Source of the DNA: the human T2T-CHM13v2.0 reference genome, Homo sapiens
Assembly: GCF_009914755.1 (NCBI RefSeq)
Contig: NC_060937.1
Reading direction: 5' to 3' (one strand)
Length of the DNA: 64,000 bases
Shown: positions 43,530 to 56,925 of the stretch, one piece after another
Numbering within the stretch: position 1 is the stretch's first letter
How the letters are laid out: each line of letters opens with the position of its first letter
Program-made: the position numbers and the translations under genes
Notes under the pieces: model-generated
The model's input: the letters and a program-made list of their open reading frames with translations, nothing else
What the model was told of the DNA's origin: nothing
Database searches by the model: none

Positions 43530-43626
43530 GCTTGCTGGAGCCCAGGAGGCAGAGGTTGCAGTGAGCTGAGATCACGCCTCAGCACTATAGCCTGGGTGAC
43601 ATAGCAAGACCCTGTCTCAAAAAAAT
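43530..43626 (+). mobile_element. 5'-truncated Alu right-arm fragment
   Basis: gagcccaggaggcagaggttgcagtgagctgagatc...ctgtctcaaaaaaa. Confidence 0.88.
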
Positions 43627-44329
43627 CCCATGACCAACAACAAAAAATAAGGCTACATTTTCAAAGTTTAAGTGAAAAATATTTTGCAGCTACATTAGAA
43701 TGTGTAAACCATAATTAGCATACAATTTATTACATTGTATCCAAATTTGAATCTAAATAATTTCATGTCTTACACTAAATAGGATTATAGAGATGATATT
43801 TATGAAATAAAGGATTATTATTCTACAAACTCTCCAGCTTAAAAAAAGAAACCTATTCTTGGATGTCATGAATAAACTATGATTGAATTTTAACTATATA
43901 CACAACCAGGAAAAATGGTAATATAAATATACTATAACAAATTGTATCATATTGTTATTAATTCTTAATTTTCACATTTCTTATGATTTAGGTTCTGTTG
44001 TAAGAAAATAATTCCGGATAAAAAAGCTATTTATCTGCTCACTTAATTGTCTACTCAAATAAAAAAGTTACAATCATTTTTGGAATATAAACATATTAAG
44101 GCACAAGATGTAAGAGTAACCATATAATGGATGAATTTGTCATTACAAAAATAAGGAGATATATCACATTTAAAAAGAAAAAAAACTTCAGTACATAAGA
44201 CAGCATTTCCTAAAGTGTGCACCACAGAACACTAGTCCTATAAGAAGCTCTGTGTGTATGTGTTTAGGGAGAGGGGGTAGAGAAGGTGGCTCTGTGGTCA
44301 AATAAGTTTGGATAATAATGAGCAACAGA

Positions 44330-44613
44330 GGCTGGGTGTTGTGGCTTACGCCTGTAATCCCAGCAACTTGGGAGACTGAGGCAGGAGGATCACTTGAACC
44401 CAAGAGTTCAAGACTAGCCTGGGCAACATAGTGAGACCTTGTCTCTTAAAAAAAAAATAGCCAGTATGGTGGTGCATGCCTGTAGTCCCAGCTACTCAAG
44501 GGGTGACGTGGGGGGATCACTCGAGCCCAGGAAGTTGAGGCTGCAGTGACCCGTAGCTGAGCCACTGCACTGCAGCCTGGGTGACAAAGTGAGACCTTGT
44601 CTCAATAACAATA
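44330..44613 (+). mobile_element. AluJ
   Basis: Dimeric Alu; degenerate TSD ataataatgagcaaca / ataataatgtgtaaca. Confidence 0.93.
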
Positions 44614-44936
44614 ATAATAATGTGTAACATGTACTACACTTGGTGATTCATATCAAATACACATGACAAGTCAATTCATGATAAAGGTGGCATTTCAAAT
44701 CAGTAGAAGATTAAAAAAATGTGTTCAATAACTACTGTGGTAGCATTAGCCTATTTGGATCTCACCTTGTTATTTATACCAAAATAAATTCCAAGTGGAT
44801 CAAACATTTCAACATTAAAAGATTAAAGTGTAAAACTATAGCAGAGAATATGGAAAAGTATATTTTCAGTAGTTCTGGAATGGGAAGATATTCCTAAGAA
44901 AATCCAAAAGTAATATAAATATCTAAAAATCAAATA

Positions 44937-45065
44937 GGACAGGTACAGTGGCTCATGCCTGTACCCTCAGGACTTTGTGAGGCCAAGGAGAGAGAATCAC
45001 TTGAGCCTAGGAATTTGAAACCAGCCTAGACAACATAGTGAGACTTTGTTTCTATTAAAAATAAT
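44937..45065 (+). mobile_element. FLAM / Alu left monomer
   Basis: Monomer with TSD aaaaatcaaata. Confidence 0.88.
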
Positions 45066-45232
45066 AAAAAATCAAATAATAACAAACTGTACACATAAAC
45101 AATGAAAGGATAAGCTGGAAAAAATATTTGAAACATTGGCATTCCCTCGGTCTGATTTTCTTAAAATAAAGAATGCTTGTAACTCAGTAAGAAACACCAA
45201 GAAATGGGCAATTGCTATTCAGGGAACCCATC

Positions 45233-45585
45233 TTCTATGATCTGAATCTTTGTGTTCCCCCCCAACCCCAAATTTATATGTTGAAATCCTAATTCCAAGG
45301 TGATGATATTAGGAGAAAGGGCTTTGGGAGGTGATGAGATCATAAGGGCAGAGCCTTTGTTAATGAGATTAGTGCTTTTATAAAAGGGATTCTAGAGAGC
45401 TGCCTTTGTCCCTTCCACAATGTGAGGACACAGCTAGAAGGTTACAGGCCCTCAGTGAACACTGAATCTGCTGGCATCTTGATTTTGGATTTTCCAGCCT
45501 CCATAACTGTGATAAATAAACTTCTGTTCTTCATAAGCTACTCAGTTTATGATATTTTTTATAGCAGACTGAATGGACTAAGACA
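45233..45585 (+). mobile_element. MLT1A0-like MaLR solo LTR
   Basis: atgttgaaatcctaa...ctgctggcatcttgattttgga...gaatggactaagaca; TSD ccatc / ccata. Confidence 0.9.
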
Positions 45586-45827
45586 CCATAACAAAAATAA
45601 ATAAACCATGCTTTAGATGTGATATAATCCTCAACCTCATTCATAATTAAAGATATTCTAAATACATCAATGAGAGATCATTTTCATCTAACAGCATAGC
45701 AACAATGAAAAATTATGATAAATCAGTATTGGTGAAGGGTTGGGGAAGAGGTCACTTCACACATTTGTTGCTGAAAAATATAAAACTAATGCAATCACTT
45801 CGGAATATAATTTAGTAATTTTTATTA

Positions 45828-45975
<148 letters not shown>

Positions 45976-48456
45976 AAAGAAAAAAGATTGCACATATCAC
46001 ATAATAATTTTTCTCTGAGAAAATTATTCTACATGTATAACTTACATGTGTGGAAAAACATGTAAAAGGGTGTCTGTTATATTGTTGTTCATTGTAACAG
46101 GAGACTAGAAACAAACTAAATGTCCATCTACAAGAGATTGACTAAATAAACTATGACATCCATATACCAGAATATTTTGTACTGTCAAAAAATGAGGCAT
46201 ATTTAAATTATTGATATGGACCATCTCCAAAATATAGTAAGTGAAATAAACCAAGTCCTTATTTTATCAATGAGGACATCGAATGAAGACCTTTCTATGA
46301 CCACTTATGGCTATTAACTACAGAGCCAGCAATGGGTTTTACGACTTCCAGCAGCTTAGCAATTATTCCACCACATGGTGCTGAAAAAAGGAACTACTTA
46401 ATCATTTTTCCAGTGGTAAATGATTGTTAAAATGTCTTGCATGTAAGTATTCAAGTAACCCACTCTGATGAGCTTGTTCACTCTGACCTATTCTAAAATT
46501 ACTAAAGAAAGCAAAATTTAGAAACTGGCATTGACTCCCTGGCAAAAAGAATGCTACCACAGTCGACCTTGTGTGTTATGTAGGGTCTAGGGTGCTGAAC
46601 AGATGCCTTCAGTTGCAAAAGCACAGAATGTCGGCGGGTGGGGGGGAATGTATCTATTTAAATACATATGTAGATGTGAAGTGATAATGACATTTAACAA
46701 AATGTGACTATCACACAGAGCGAACACCCACGATCCTTTAATCACAGAGTAACCCAGGGAGGAAAAGGTTAATTACATGGCACACCACCTCCACTTCTGG
46801 GTAGAAGTTTCACTTGTCACCCACAAGAGCTTCACTTTATTCTGAGTGAAGTTTAACAAGCTTAAGCTTGACAAATGCTTACTTCGCATTGAAAATATAT
46901 TAGGATTTGTTTTAGATTTGTTTTAGTATTTTATTAGTGAAGAATTGACTTTTCAATGGCTTTTTTCCTTATGAAGTTTTTGAATAAAGAATGAAATGGT
47001 TTCAGATAATGAAAATGCTTAATTCAATAAGAATTAAAAAAAGAAGGGGAAGGAGCTAGAGAATAATATCGGTAATTTCACAGGAATTTTCTTTCAGGAG
47101 AAGCCAGGATAAATGGACTTGAGGCCACGAGGAGCCAGTGAGTGGTGCCTGGAACACCGTATGATGCCCAGAGGAGCCCAGCAGTCATGCTCTGACAGCA
47201 GCATATGGTGCGCACTGGAAGAAGGGGAAAATAAGGTCAGGAAGGCAGACTGGGAGCTTGGATTCGAGGCTGAAGAACTGCCATCAAATGTTTTTGAAAG
47301 GTGTGAAATAATCAAAACTGTACTCCATGATGATTAAAGCTGGCATAGTGTGAAGGTGTCAAGCCTGGGTGACTGGGAAAATGGTGGTATCATTAACCCA
47401 AAATGAGAACATGAAAATCAGGTTTTATGTGGAACACGACAAGTTAGGTTTTAGATGAATTGATTTTGAGGTACTGGCAGAATATTCTGTTTTGTTCAGG
47501 AAGTAGTTGGAAATATAAAACTATAAAGTCTATTGTTTAATTCAATTCTACAAAGATACACTAAGGACTACGTGTCAGGCACTGAACTAGCCCCAGCCCT
47601 TGTTCCCATGGGACTTAAATGTAAGAGCAAGTTCAACACATAATTAATGACTACCTGTATGACGAATGTTACACAAAATAAATCAGGGTGCTATGAAATT
47701 GCTTAATACTGAGGCAATAGAGGTGAAGAGCTATAGCTATGGTTGCCTAGTGATGATTCCAGGGGTTATTCTTTGATACCTGGATTTTTACTTAAATTTC
47801 TGAAGATATGTTTTATTTGTACCTTAAACACAGAACCATATAGATATCACAGTAAACTGTGGAAACCTGTGTATTCTCATTTTGAGCTTTAAGGGTTAAA
47901 GCCCATCTCACTGCTGCCAACCTTGCACAAAGTAATTTTTACCAGGCTCAAGTTCTTTGTTCATTTCTAACATAAACTTTGTGTTCAAAGTACTATAAGT
48001 ATTCATTACCTTTGTTTCATTTTAAAGGAGAAATGCAGATTTATTCTGCCCAAATATAATGTCCTTCCTTATTCCTTCCACAGTGAGATGTAGCATCCCA
48101 TTAGTATTAAACACAGAGGAAATTTTAAAATCCTATTCAGAATAACAGCAACATTGTTTTGAAAAGGAGGAAGTCAGCAAGGAGAATAAGGCAAATCTGA
48201 ATGAGTGAAAATTGGTGAAGAAAAAGAATTGACATATGCTTTCAGAAGAAAGCAAGTATGAGAAAAATGAAAGAGGAGACAACTGAACTTTCAATGAACT
48301 CATTAACAATTGTAAAAAAACTGGAGGCAAAAATGTGCTACAGTCTCAAGAGAACAATGAAAGACTCCCTCCCCCCGCTCCACAACTATAAAAAGCTGAC
48401 AAAATGAATACATGAGCCCCACAGTAAAAGCTGATATTAGGTAACTTTGAGAACAA

Positions 48457-48772
48457 CTTTATTTTATTTTTATTTATTTATTTTTTTGAAAGAGATGAGT
48501 CTGTCTCTGTTGCCCTAGGCTGGAGAGTGCAGTGGCACAATCATAGCTCGCTATAATAATCTCAAACTCCTGGGCTCAAAGGATCCTCCTGCTAAAGCCT
48601 CCTGAGTACCTGAGACTATACCATGCCCAAGTAATTAAAAAAAATTTTGTTTTATAAAGACAGGATCTCACTATATTGCTCAGGATGGTATCAAACTCCT
48701 GGCCTCATGCAATCCTCCCACCTCAGCCTACCAAAGTGTTGGGATTACGGGTGTGAGCCATCATTCCTGGTC
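48457..48772 (-). mobile_element. AluJ
   Basis: Diverged Alu; flanks agaacaactttattt / agaacagttttattt. Confidence 0.9.
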
Positions 48773-51270
48773 AAGAACAGTTTTATTTAGGAAACAAGGG
48801 ATACATAAAATAAAGAATAAAAAATTTAAATATGAATTAAGACACACTAGGAACTATCACTTTGATTGAATGCCTATGTGCTAGAGTCTGTATGGAACAT
48901 TTTACCTAGATTTTCTAATTTAATTCTCACTCCCCTCTTTCAAAGTAGCTATTATCTAATTCATTTTAAAGTTAGGGAACTTGGAGCTCAAAAAGGTAAA
49001 GTAAGGTGCCCAAAGCCCTGCCATAGGGTGGTAGCAGAGGGGAGATTTGATATCTTTCTGATTCTAAAGCTCATTCTTTCCACTATAGACTTTTATTGAG
49101 AGAGGTGTTACATGAAAATTGATAACTATTCAGATCCTTAGGTTTGCTGACTTATATTTAAAGGTGTTTTAGGAAATGCTTTAAGGCACAAAGAGGTAGT
49201 AGCTTTCAGAGCAGGAAACAGGAGCAGGCAAGCACAAGCTCGTTTCCCCAAATTCGACGGGAGCTTTCTCCCAGAATCTGACAATAAGAGAGATGCAGGT
49301 CATTCACAGATGCTCCTTCCTCAGAGAGAAAGACCAGAAACACTCCTCCTCCTGAGACCAGGAGTATCTGAAAATATTAGAATTACTTCAATCTGCCATG
49401 GCCTCCTGACTCCTCCTTTCAACCTAGCCACTGGGGATTGCTGTAGTTGGGCTAAAACTTTGAAGGCAGCTAAACCACCATCACCATCATTCTTAGACAA
49501 CAGTGTCCTTCTGATCTTTATTTCCTCCAGCATTATTAGCATGAACAATCTCTCTACTACCTCAATTTCTTCACCATACACTCCTTTCACCTCGTTCTCT
49601 TAATTGAAAATGGGCTCTACTTGGAAACTGGACAGATGATCTCTGCTCACCCCTTCTGGTAGATGTTGCTTGTTCCCCTCCTATCTCACGTGCTTAAAGT
49701 CTGCAGGGCACAGGTGGAGGACATGGGAATGTCTGCTTTCTCCTTGATCAAAGCTGCTATGTCAGGCTGTCACTTTTTTTTCCTCATGTAAAAAGCACCC
49801 GCCTTTGAGACACATGTCATTCAGTTACACTGCTGCCATCCCTCTGGGTCACTGTCATCTAATCACGCACAAGTCTACCCTCTCATTCAGAATAAACTGT
49901 CAATTGAGTCAGTCTTCCTCATCAGGCCAGGCTCTGCCATCATCTTGTGAGAATTCAGTTTAATGTTAATATCTAATCCAACACCAGGTCCTAAGAGTTC
50001 CTTGACCTCCTCCTCTCCAGGGAGCAATCCCTTCTACTTCCCATCACCGACTTCCTTGGCCATAATCGAAATCTTGTCACTACCCAGAGCTGTTTTACTT
50101 CCAATAACTTGAATTCATACAACCATTTTCTGACCCATGTCCTTTTCCTCTCTCTCTTTTCCTGTCATCTACCCATGAAAATCTCCAATGCCCTGGCACC
50201 ACTGTTTTCATATCCTTGACTATCTAGTTTAGACTCTGTGGTGCATCACTTTGACCATGGTTCACACGCTGGTATCTTACTTCCCTCCTTCATTCTCCTA
50301 CTTTTTCAGACTCCCACTAAAATGTAAATAAGCCCCAAACTCCATCTTCTTGGCATTACTCCAGATGCTGAGTAGTGCCGGTGAGAAACAATACCACAGG
50401 ATCTGAACTAGTACATATGTGCAACTGCTACCTCAATTGGATTCTTAATGCTATTCAGCACTCCTCTGTGTTTCATCAGGAGGCTCTCCCACTCCCTGAG
50501 AGGGTTTACATGCTTACACACTTCACTCAAGCCTCCCAACCAACCATGGCCCTTCCTCTGCAAAGGCCTTCCTTTTAGATAGAAAACAGGAACCACTTGA
50601 TGAAAGCTTCCTTAACTTCCCACCATCAAACCTACAAATGTATCTGCACTTAGGCCCAACATTTCCTCCTTTCAATCTATCACAATGGCAGAGCATGTGG
50701 ATTTCCAAGACAATTTCCTCTACCTGTGCTAGTATCTTGTTGTTCTCCACCCCTCCTGCCGCCCTCAGAAGTTTACTCCATTGATTGTCATTCTCTTCCA
50801 ATTGCCCTCCTTTCTCATTCCTCCCAGTCTGCATTTAAACAAATTAAAACACCTGCTTTGTCCTCCCCTTTGACTTCTAAATCCCCTGTAGTTACTACCC
50901 TTTCTTACTCATATCTCAGTCTCATCTCCCATATTCATTCATTAACTCTTTACGCTATTCTTTGAGCTAAAGTCAATGGGATGGCTGTTAGTTCATTACA
51001 TGATTCTTTAGCAGTATTTGATTGTGTTGACTACCCATTCCTTTTTGAAATGGTCTCTTCCTTGGGCTTCATGATACCAGACTTTCTTGGTCTTCCTACT
51101 ACTTTCATGTGACTCCCTTGTCAAGGTCCTCTTCTGGGATCTTCTTACTCTGCTCATTCTTACACCATTCCTTGAATTTTCCATTGGTGTTTTATTCATT
51201 CCATGGCTTCATTTACTGAAAACTCCCAAGTTTTTATCACCAGCAACAAGCGCTATTCCTGAGTTCCAAC

Positions 51271-51381
51271 TAGGGTGACCAACCATCCTGACTTGCAAGA
51301 CTAAGGGGTTTCCTGGAACACAGGACTTTCAGTGATAAAACTGGGAGAATTAGGCAATCTGGGATGTGTTGGTCATACTAG
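51271..51381. mobile_element. MER81-like hAT-Blackjack MITE
   Basis: TIRs tagggtgaccaac ... gttggtcatacta; internal ggactttcagtgataaaactggga. Confidence 0.8.
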
Positions 51382-51441
51382 CCCCTTCCTACTCACTAGA
51401 CATGGTAACCTGGATGTCCTAGAGATACCTCAAATATAATA

Positions 51442-51773
51442 CAGACTGTTCCCAACTTACAATTTTTTGACTTTACAATCAAGCAAAGCAATACACATTC
51501 AACAGAAACTGTACTTGACTACCCATACAACCATTGTCTGTATTCAATAAATTACATGAGATATTCAATACTTGATTACAAAATAGGTTCTGTGTTATAT
51601 GATTTTGCCCAGCTGTAGGCTACTATAAGTGTTCTGGAATGTTTTAGGTAGGCTAGGCTAAGCTATGATGTTTGGTAGGTTTAGGTATATTAAATGCAGC
51701 TTTGACTTAAAATATTTCCAAATTATGATGGGTTTATCTGGACATAACCCCATCAAAAGTTGAGGTGCATCTG
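51442..51773 (-). mobile_element. TcMar-Tigger MITE (MER47A-like)
   Basis: TIRs cagactgttcccaacttac ... aagttgaggtgcatctg; TA TSD; internal taggtaggctaggctaagctatgatg. Confidence 0.85.
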
Positions 51774-52159
51774 TATATACAAACTTGAATTACCATTTTC
51801 CCCAAACCTCTACCTCTTATTGTGTCCCTTATCTCAGTGAATGGCACCACCTACTCATGTCAAAACACTATGAGTCCTTTTTAACAACTGTTGAAGGTAA
51901 ATATAATAGAAGGATTTCTGTATCCCTAAGCACTGAGTTTCCAGTTACATTTCCTATTAGGGGAATATTCAATAGGATTCTTATATAGCCTGTCAGCAAT
52001 TTCAAATCTTCTTTAGTGAAAAAAAAAAAATTAAAAAATGTATCATTCATTTGAAAAGTTACAGATCTGTTGGATAGTGCCAGTGGTGCAAGATTTTTTT
52101 CTTCAATGCCACATCCTTCTACTGTCCAAGTTCTGATGCGAATTTTGATCACTATCTAA

Positions 52160-52330
<171 letters not shown>

Positions 52331-52957
52331 TAAACATTTTGGAATATTTCTAACATGCTGTTTAGGAATGATTAATTTTCCTTCCCAATAAGCTGAAAGA
52401 AAGACATGTTCCTCAAGCAATGAAACTCTGGAAAACAATTTGTATTAACTTGTGAATGCCTCAGTCTGCAAGACATAGTACATGCTTTGTAGGTCATTAG
52501 GAAACAAAATGGTTGTCTTTCATAGTTCATTCTGTAAATGGCCTGTGGGCCGCAGTTAGCTCCACACATCTCCTCACTCTGTGTGGGCTCCATCAAATAT
52601 TGCCTTTAAATTTGCCTGGACAACTGCACAAAGGAGAATGAACGAAAGCTTCAGATTAAGAATGTACGAGAAGCACAAGACGCAAGACTCTTCAGGCCAA
52701 AGGAAGTAAGACAAAAAAGTGACTTCATGGTGCTCTGGGTTATTATATTTATATTTCTTCATCTTCATTCAGCATGAGACAGTAGATAGGCTGATAATAT
52801 AATGAAAAATTAAGACTAAATTTCAGGAAGAACTATCTGAAAAGAAATCATTATTACTATAGGGCCTGGCCACCAAGGAAAATGGCATCCTTTCCCTTCT
52901 CTTGAATTTAAGGAGATGCTTCTGTCCCAGGGAATTTAGGTATATCATTCTCTCTCT

Positions 52958-53255
52958 CTTTTTTTTTTTTTTTTTGAGATGGAGTCTCGCTCTCCCGCCC
53001 AGGCTGGAGTGCAGTGGCGTGATCTCAGCTCACTGCGAGCTCCGCCTCCGGGTTCACACCATTCTCCTGCCTCAGCCTCCTGAGTAGCTGGGACTACAGG
53101 TGGCCGCCACCATTCCAGGCTATTTTTTTTTATTTTTAATAGACACAGGGTTTCACTGTGCGTGCTAAGATGGTCTCGATCTCCTGACCTCGTGATCCAC
53201 CTGCCTCAGCCTCCCAAAGTGCTGGGATTACAGGTGTGAAACACTGCGCCTGGCC
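52958..53255 (-). mobile_element. AluY
   Basis: gggttcacaccattctcc; TSD aggtatatcattct / aggtatgtcattct. Confidence 0.95.
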
Positions 53256-54639
53256 AGGTATGTCATTCTTGAACTGGGTGGCTTGCTATGGTTTCACAAC
53301 TTAAAGTTTGTTACTAGACAAACAGTTACAGACATATTCTCCATTGCTCAATGTATTTTTCTAAGCTCATGCTTACCATTTCCACCCGCTTGCCAGCCAT
53401 CTTGTGACCACATTTGTACATATTAGTGCTTTCATCAGGGGGTAAGTGCATCAATAAGAGGAGAAGTTGAAATTAGATTAGTTAATTTGCTACTTCATTA
53501 ACAGCTGTGGTAAAAAGTCCAAGGAGAAAAAAGATTGAAACTAGCTAAAATGAGGGGTTTGTATTGTAAGTGAATCTAAATTATCTATGTCCCCTATTCC
53601 TGCGGATAACTGAGAGTCAGCTGTGCACACATCTGTGGGTGTTTATAAACATTTACCATCTGTGAGAAGCTTATGGGGCGTAAATGGTGGGCTAATTAGT
53701 GAAATGCTAGTCATTTCTAATGACAGTTGTTATGGATAAAGATTTTATCCAGGTTAAATTGATCTCAGAACCTCGATCACGGGAGGCCACTCTACCTTTT
53801 ATGACAAGACTAAGTAGTTACACTATGCTGAACATGTCACACATTAAGGATGCACCATAACTAGATTAGACTGCTAGTTTATGCATGTTAATGAGCTCTG
53901 TTCTTAATAGACTGAAGTGTGGATTGAGTATTTGTCAGGGAAAATGAGAAGTTGTCAGTCTGTTGAAAGGTCAACCATTTCTATAGTAAGACATTTTCAT
54001 TTCTGTTCTACAAATATATTAAGTACCTTCCATTCAGAAAATTAAGAGCATAGACAGAAAACTATGAGATTCATAAATGAAAAGAGTTGCCCATATACAT
54101 ACACACATATGTGCATACAGATATATTTCCCTAACTTCACCATATCAGTAACTTTTTCTAAACATATCTTTTACTGATCCATATTGTGGGCAAACATTCT
54201 AAACAGGTAATTTTAAACTAAATTCATCCTATAACCAAAGGGGGGAAAAAAACCATACTGTATAAGAAGAGAGTCATATTTACTGTGTAATAAAAAGTAT
54301 CTTAAAGTAGAGATTATGTTGTAAAAGAGGACAGTGTCATAGAACAAGTGAGTGGAAGAGTAGGCAAAACTTCATTCCTTGGGTTCTAATAAAGTTTGTT
54401 ATTAATTTACAGAATACAAATGGAATTTTCCAAATTAGAAGGAATCTTATTGTGTAGATAAGGAGAATTATGGTCTGAAACTAACTGGCCTGCTATTACT
54501 TAGCTACTGGTGGAGCAGGGACTGGAATACTGATAACCCAACTCCTAAACCTTAGCACCAAACATTTCATGACACCACTATTAACAGAGAATAGCAATAT
54601 TGTATATAATGTCAATAGTTTTAGTAAATGAAAAAAAAA

Positions 54640-54880
54640 CACCCTATGTAAAATGTCACTCCTTCCCACACTTTCTATCCCCCCATCCCTACTTTATTTT
54701 GTTCTCCTTATAAGTTGTGGACTTCTAATGCTGTTTATTTATCTTAAATGTTGTCTGTCTCCTGCCAGAATATATGCCCATGAGGGCCGGGACACTTGCT
54801 TGTTTTATTTTCTGCTGTACCCCTAGTGCCTAGGATAGTATCATGACATAATATGCGATAAATAAATATTTGCTGAAAGA
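54640..54880 (+). mobile_element. L2 3' end
   Basis: ccatgagggccgggac...ctgctgtacccctagtgcctaggatagt...aataaatatttgctgaa. Confidence 0.8.
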
Positions 54881-55579
54881 AAGTTTTGATAGAAATACTT
54901 TTTTTCACCATCACACTAATAATTCTGCTAATGAAGGAAGTATTTCAATGCCCATTTTTATAATTTCTTTTGTCAGAAATTTAATGGTCACAAAAGCAAA
55001 TCACACAGGAGCCTTGGGAATGTCTTTCAGAATGTTAGATAAGGTGTAATTAGTACCTAATGAAAAAACAATAACCAAATACTGACTACAACAATATCAC
55101 CTGCCAGCAAAATAAACGAATGCAGACTTCAATAATGAGAATCCTAGAGCCTTGGAACTGAATGTTTGGGCTAGTTTTAGATGAAGAGGAAGGAGTGGGA
55201 CTGACCTGTTTTCCTTCAAGGGGATAATGGGACACATTCTCTCCATTGCCCTACCTGAACCCCATGCCTCAGATTCTCCAGGAAAGGGCCACCTCCAGCT
55301 TATCCTCATGAGCTAAACATGGTTTATTTTCAGAGGTTCTCGGTTAATCTAGCTATAAAAACTTGCAAAGTTGTCTTTATTAACAAATTTGTTTTTATTT
55401 TCCTCTATGAAAGAGGTTAATAGTTACTGTGCAGATGTTGTGTTTCTTACCCTATGCCAGGCCCATTCAGGTAAAAAACACTCCCAAGATTAAAAAGCCT
55501 TTAAATTGGAGATGTAAAATCTATGTGTTCTAAAGCTGGTAGGAGCAGCATCACCTACCTGTTCATGAAGTATTCTCCC

Positions 55580-55900
55580 TGTCTCCCCACACCCAATCCA
55601 CTAGAAAGCCCCATTGATTCTGCCTCTAAACTGCCTTTCAAATCCATCCTGTCTTCTCTTTTCAGTGCATCCTAGTTCAGGTCTTCTACATTTATCTCTT
55701 GCAAAATTGCAAGTGTCCTAATTAGTCTCATTCCTCCTAGTCCCAACACCCTCTGATCCATCTGCGTTTTTGCTACAGAGCCATTTCTCTAAAAGCAAAT
55801 CATATCACTGCTCTGTTTAATGCCCTTGAAATGTGCCTACAAAATAAAGCAAAAAAAAAATTCAAAGCATAGCATGGTTTCTTGACTTCCAATTTAGCAT
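55580..55900 (+). mobile_element. L2 fragment
   Basis: ttgattctgcctctaaa...tcctagttcagg...catatcactgctctgtttaa. Confidence 0.65.
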
Positions 55901-56877
55901 CATTTCTGCCCATAGTTCTACCCAAAGATCAATCAGGCCTGCTACATTACTGGTTAGTCCATATATAAATGTCACACCTCTGTATCTGAATTTACTTAGC
56001 CCATTGGATGCCCAGGCACAGAAACTCTGGCCCTTCATTTCACTGTGTTCATTTGGTATCCACCTAATTCAAGATTCCACATTTCAAAGGAACAACAAAG
56101 GTAGTCTTTTCCACATTTACTGCTCAGATGTCAATCCATCCTCCTCTCTCCCACCCCAATGTGAGAGCCAAAGGATCATTCTTAGTACAGGAACCACCCA
56201 TGTAGCAGAAAATGCACACCACATTCTTAGGCTCTGAACAGAAAAGATGCCCCCATCTGGTGGAAGAGAAATTGGAAGTGAGATTACATGCAGTGCAGTA
56301 GCCCTGCGCATTCATCCCAGGAGGAAGTGGCGCATATTGGGTAGACTTTCCTAGGAAGTTACAGAGAGTTGAGTCCAAGAGTGGAGGTGTCTTGTGTCCA
56401 ACATGCAGAATTGTTGAGAATGGGCTAAGGAAACAAGATTAGGGTACAAGAAGGCTGCAGAAGCACCACAAGAAGCTGAGTGCTGTGGTTGAAGCACAGT
56501 AATTTCCTATGCATCCTGCCTGGGGAAGAAAAAAAAAGTTCACTAAGAAAGAGCACGAGTGCAAGAGAAGAATGTTTCCAAGAATCATTAACATAAGGAA
56601 GCCAAGGAGGGAACTAAGAGAAATCCAATTGTTCTATTTGGTTACCATTCAAAGGCAAACCAGTGATCACCTTTACCACAAGCAGACAGGAGGAATGATG
56701 CCAAAGCAGGGAGGCTGTTATGGACGTAGATGCCAACTGAACCAGAAAGAGGGCATATGCACAGAAGGGTGGCCGAAGCTGGCTTCCTTCATCGAAGGAA
56801 GAAGGGAGATAAGAAGAGATCATGGAAGGGAATTTCAAACACAAATAACAACTCTCTACTGAAATTACTGGAAATAT

Positions 56878-56878
<1 letters not shown>

Positions 56879-56922
<44 letters not shown>
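56879..56922. repeat. (CA)22 microsatellite
   Basis: Uninterrupted dinucleotide run. Confidence 0.98.

Positions 56923-56925
<3 letters not shown>

Larger units (their letters stand above)
49600..51860 (+). mobile_element. Long L2 relic retaining endonuclease and RT motifs
   Basis: Degenerate AIIL(GDFN) near 49935, GH(TLD)LV(IT) near 50058, SD(H) near 50129 and (DLSA)AFD.VD...LL..LSSLGF near 51000-51070; interrupted by two DNA transposons. Confidence 0.8.
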
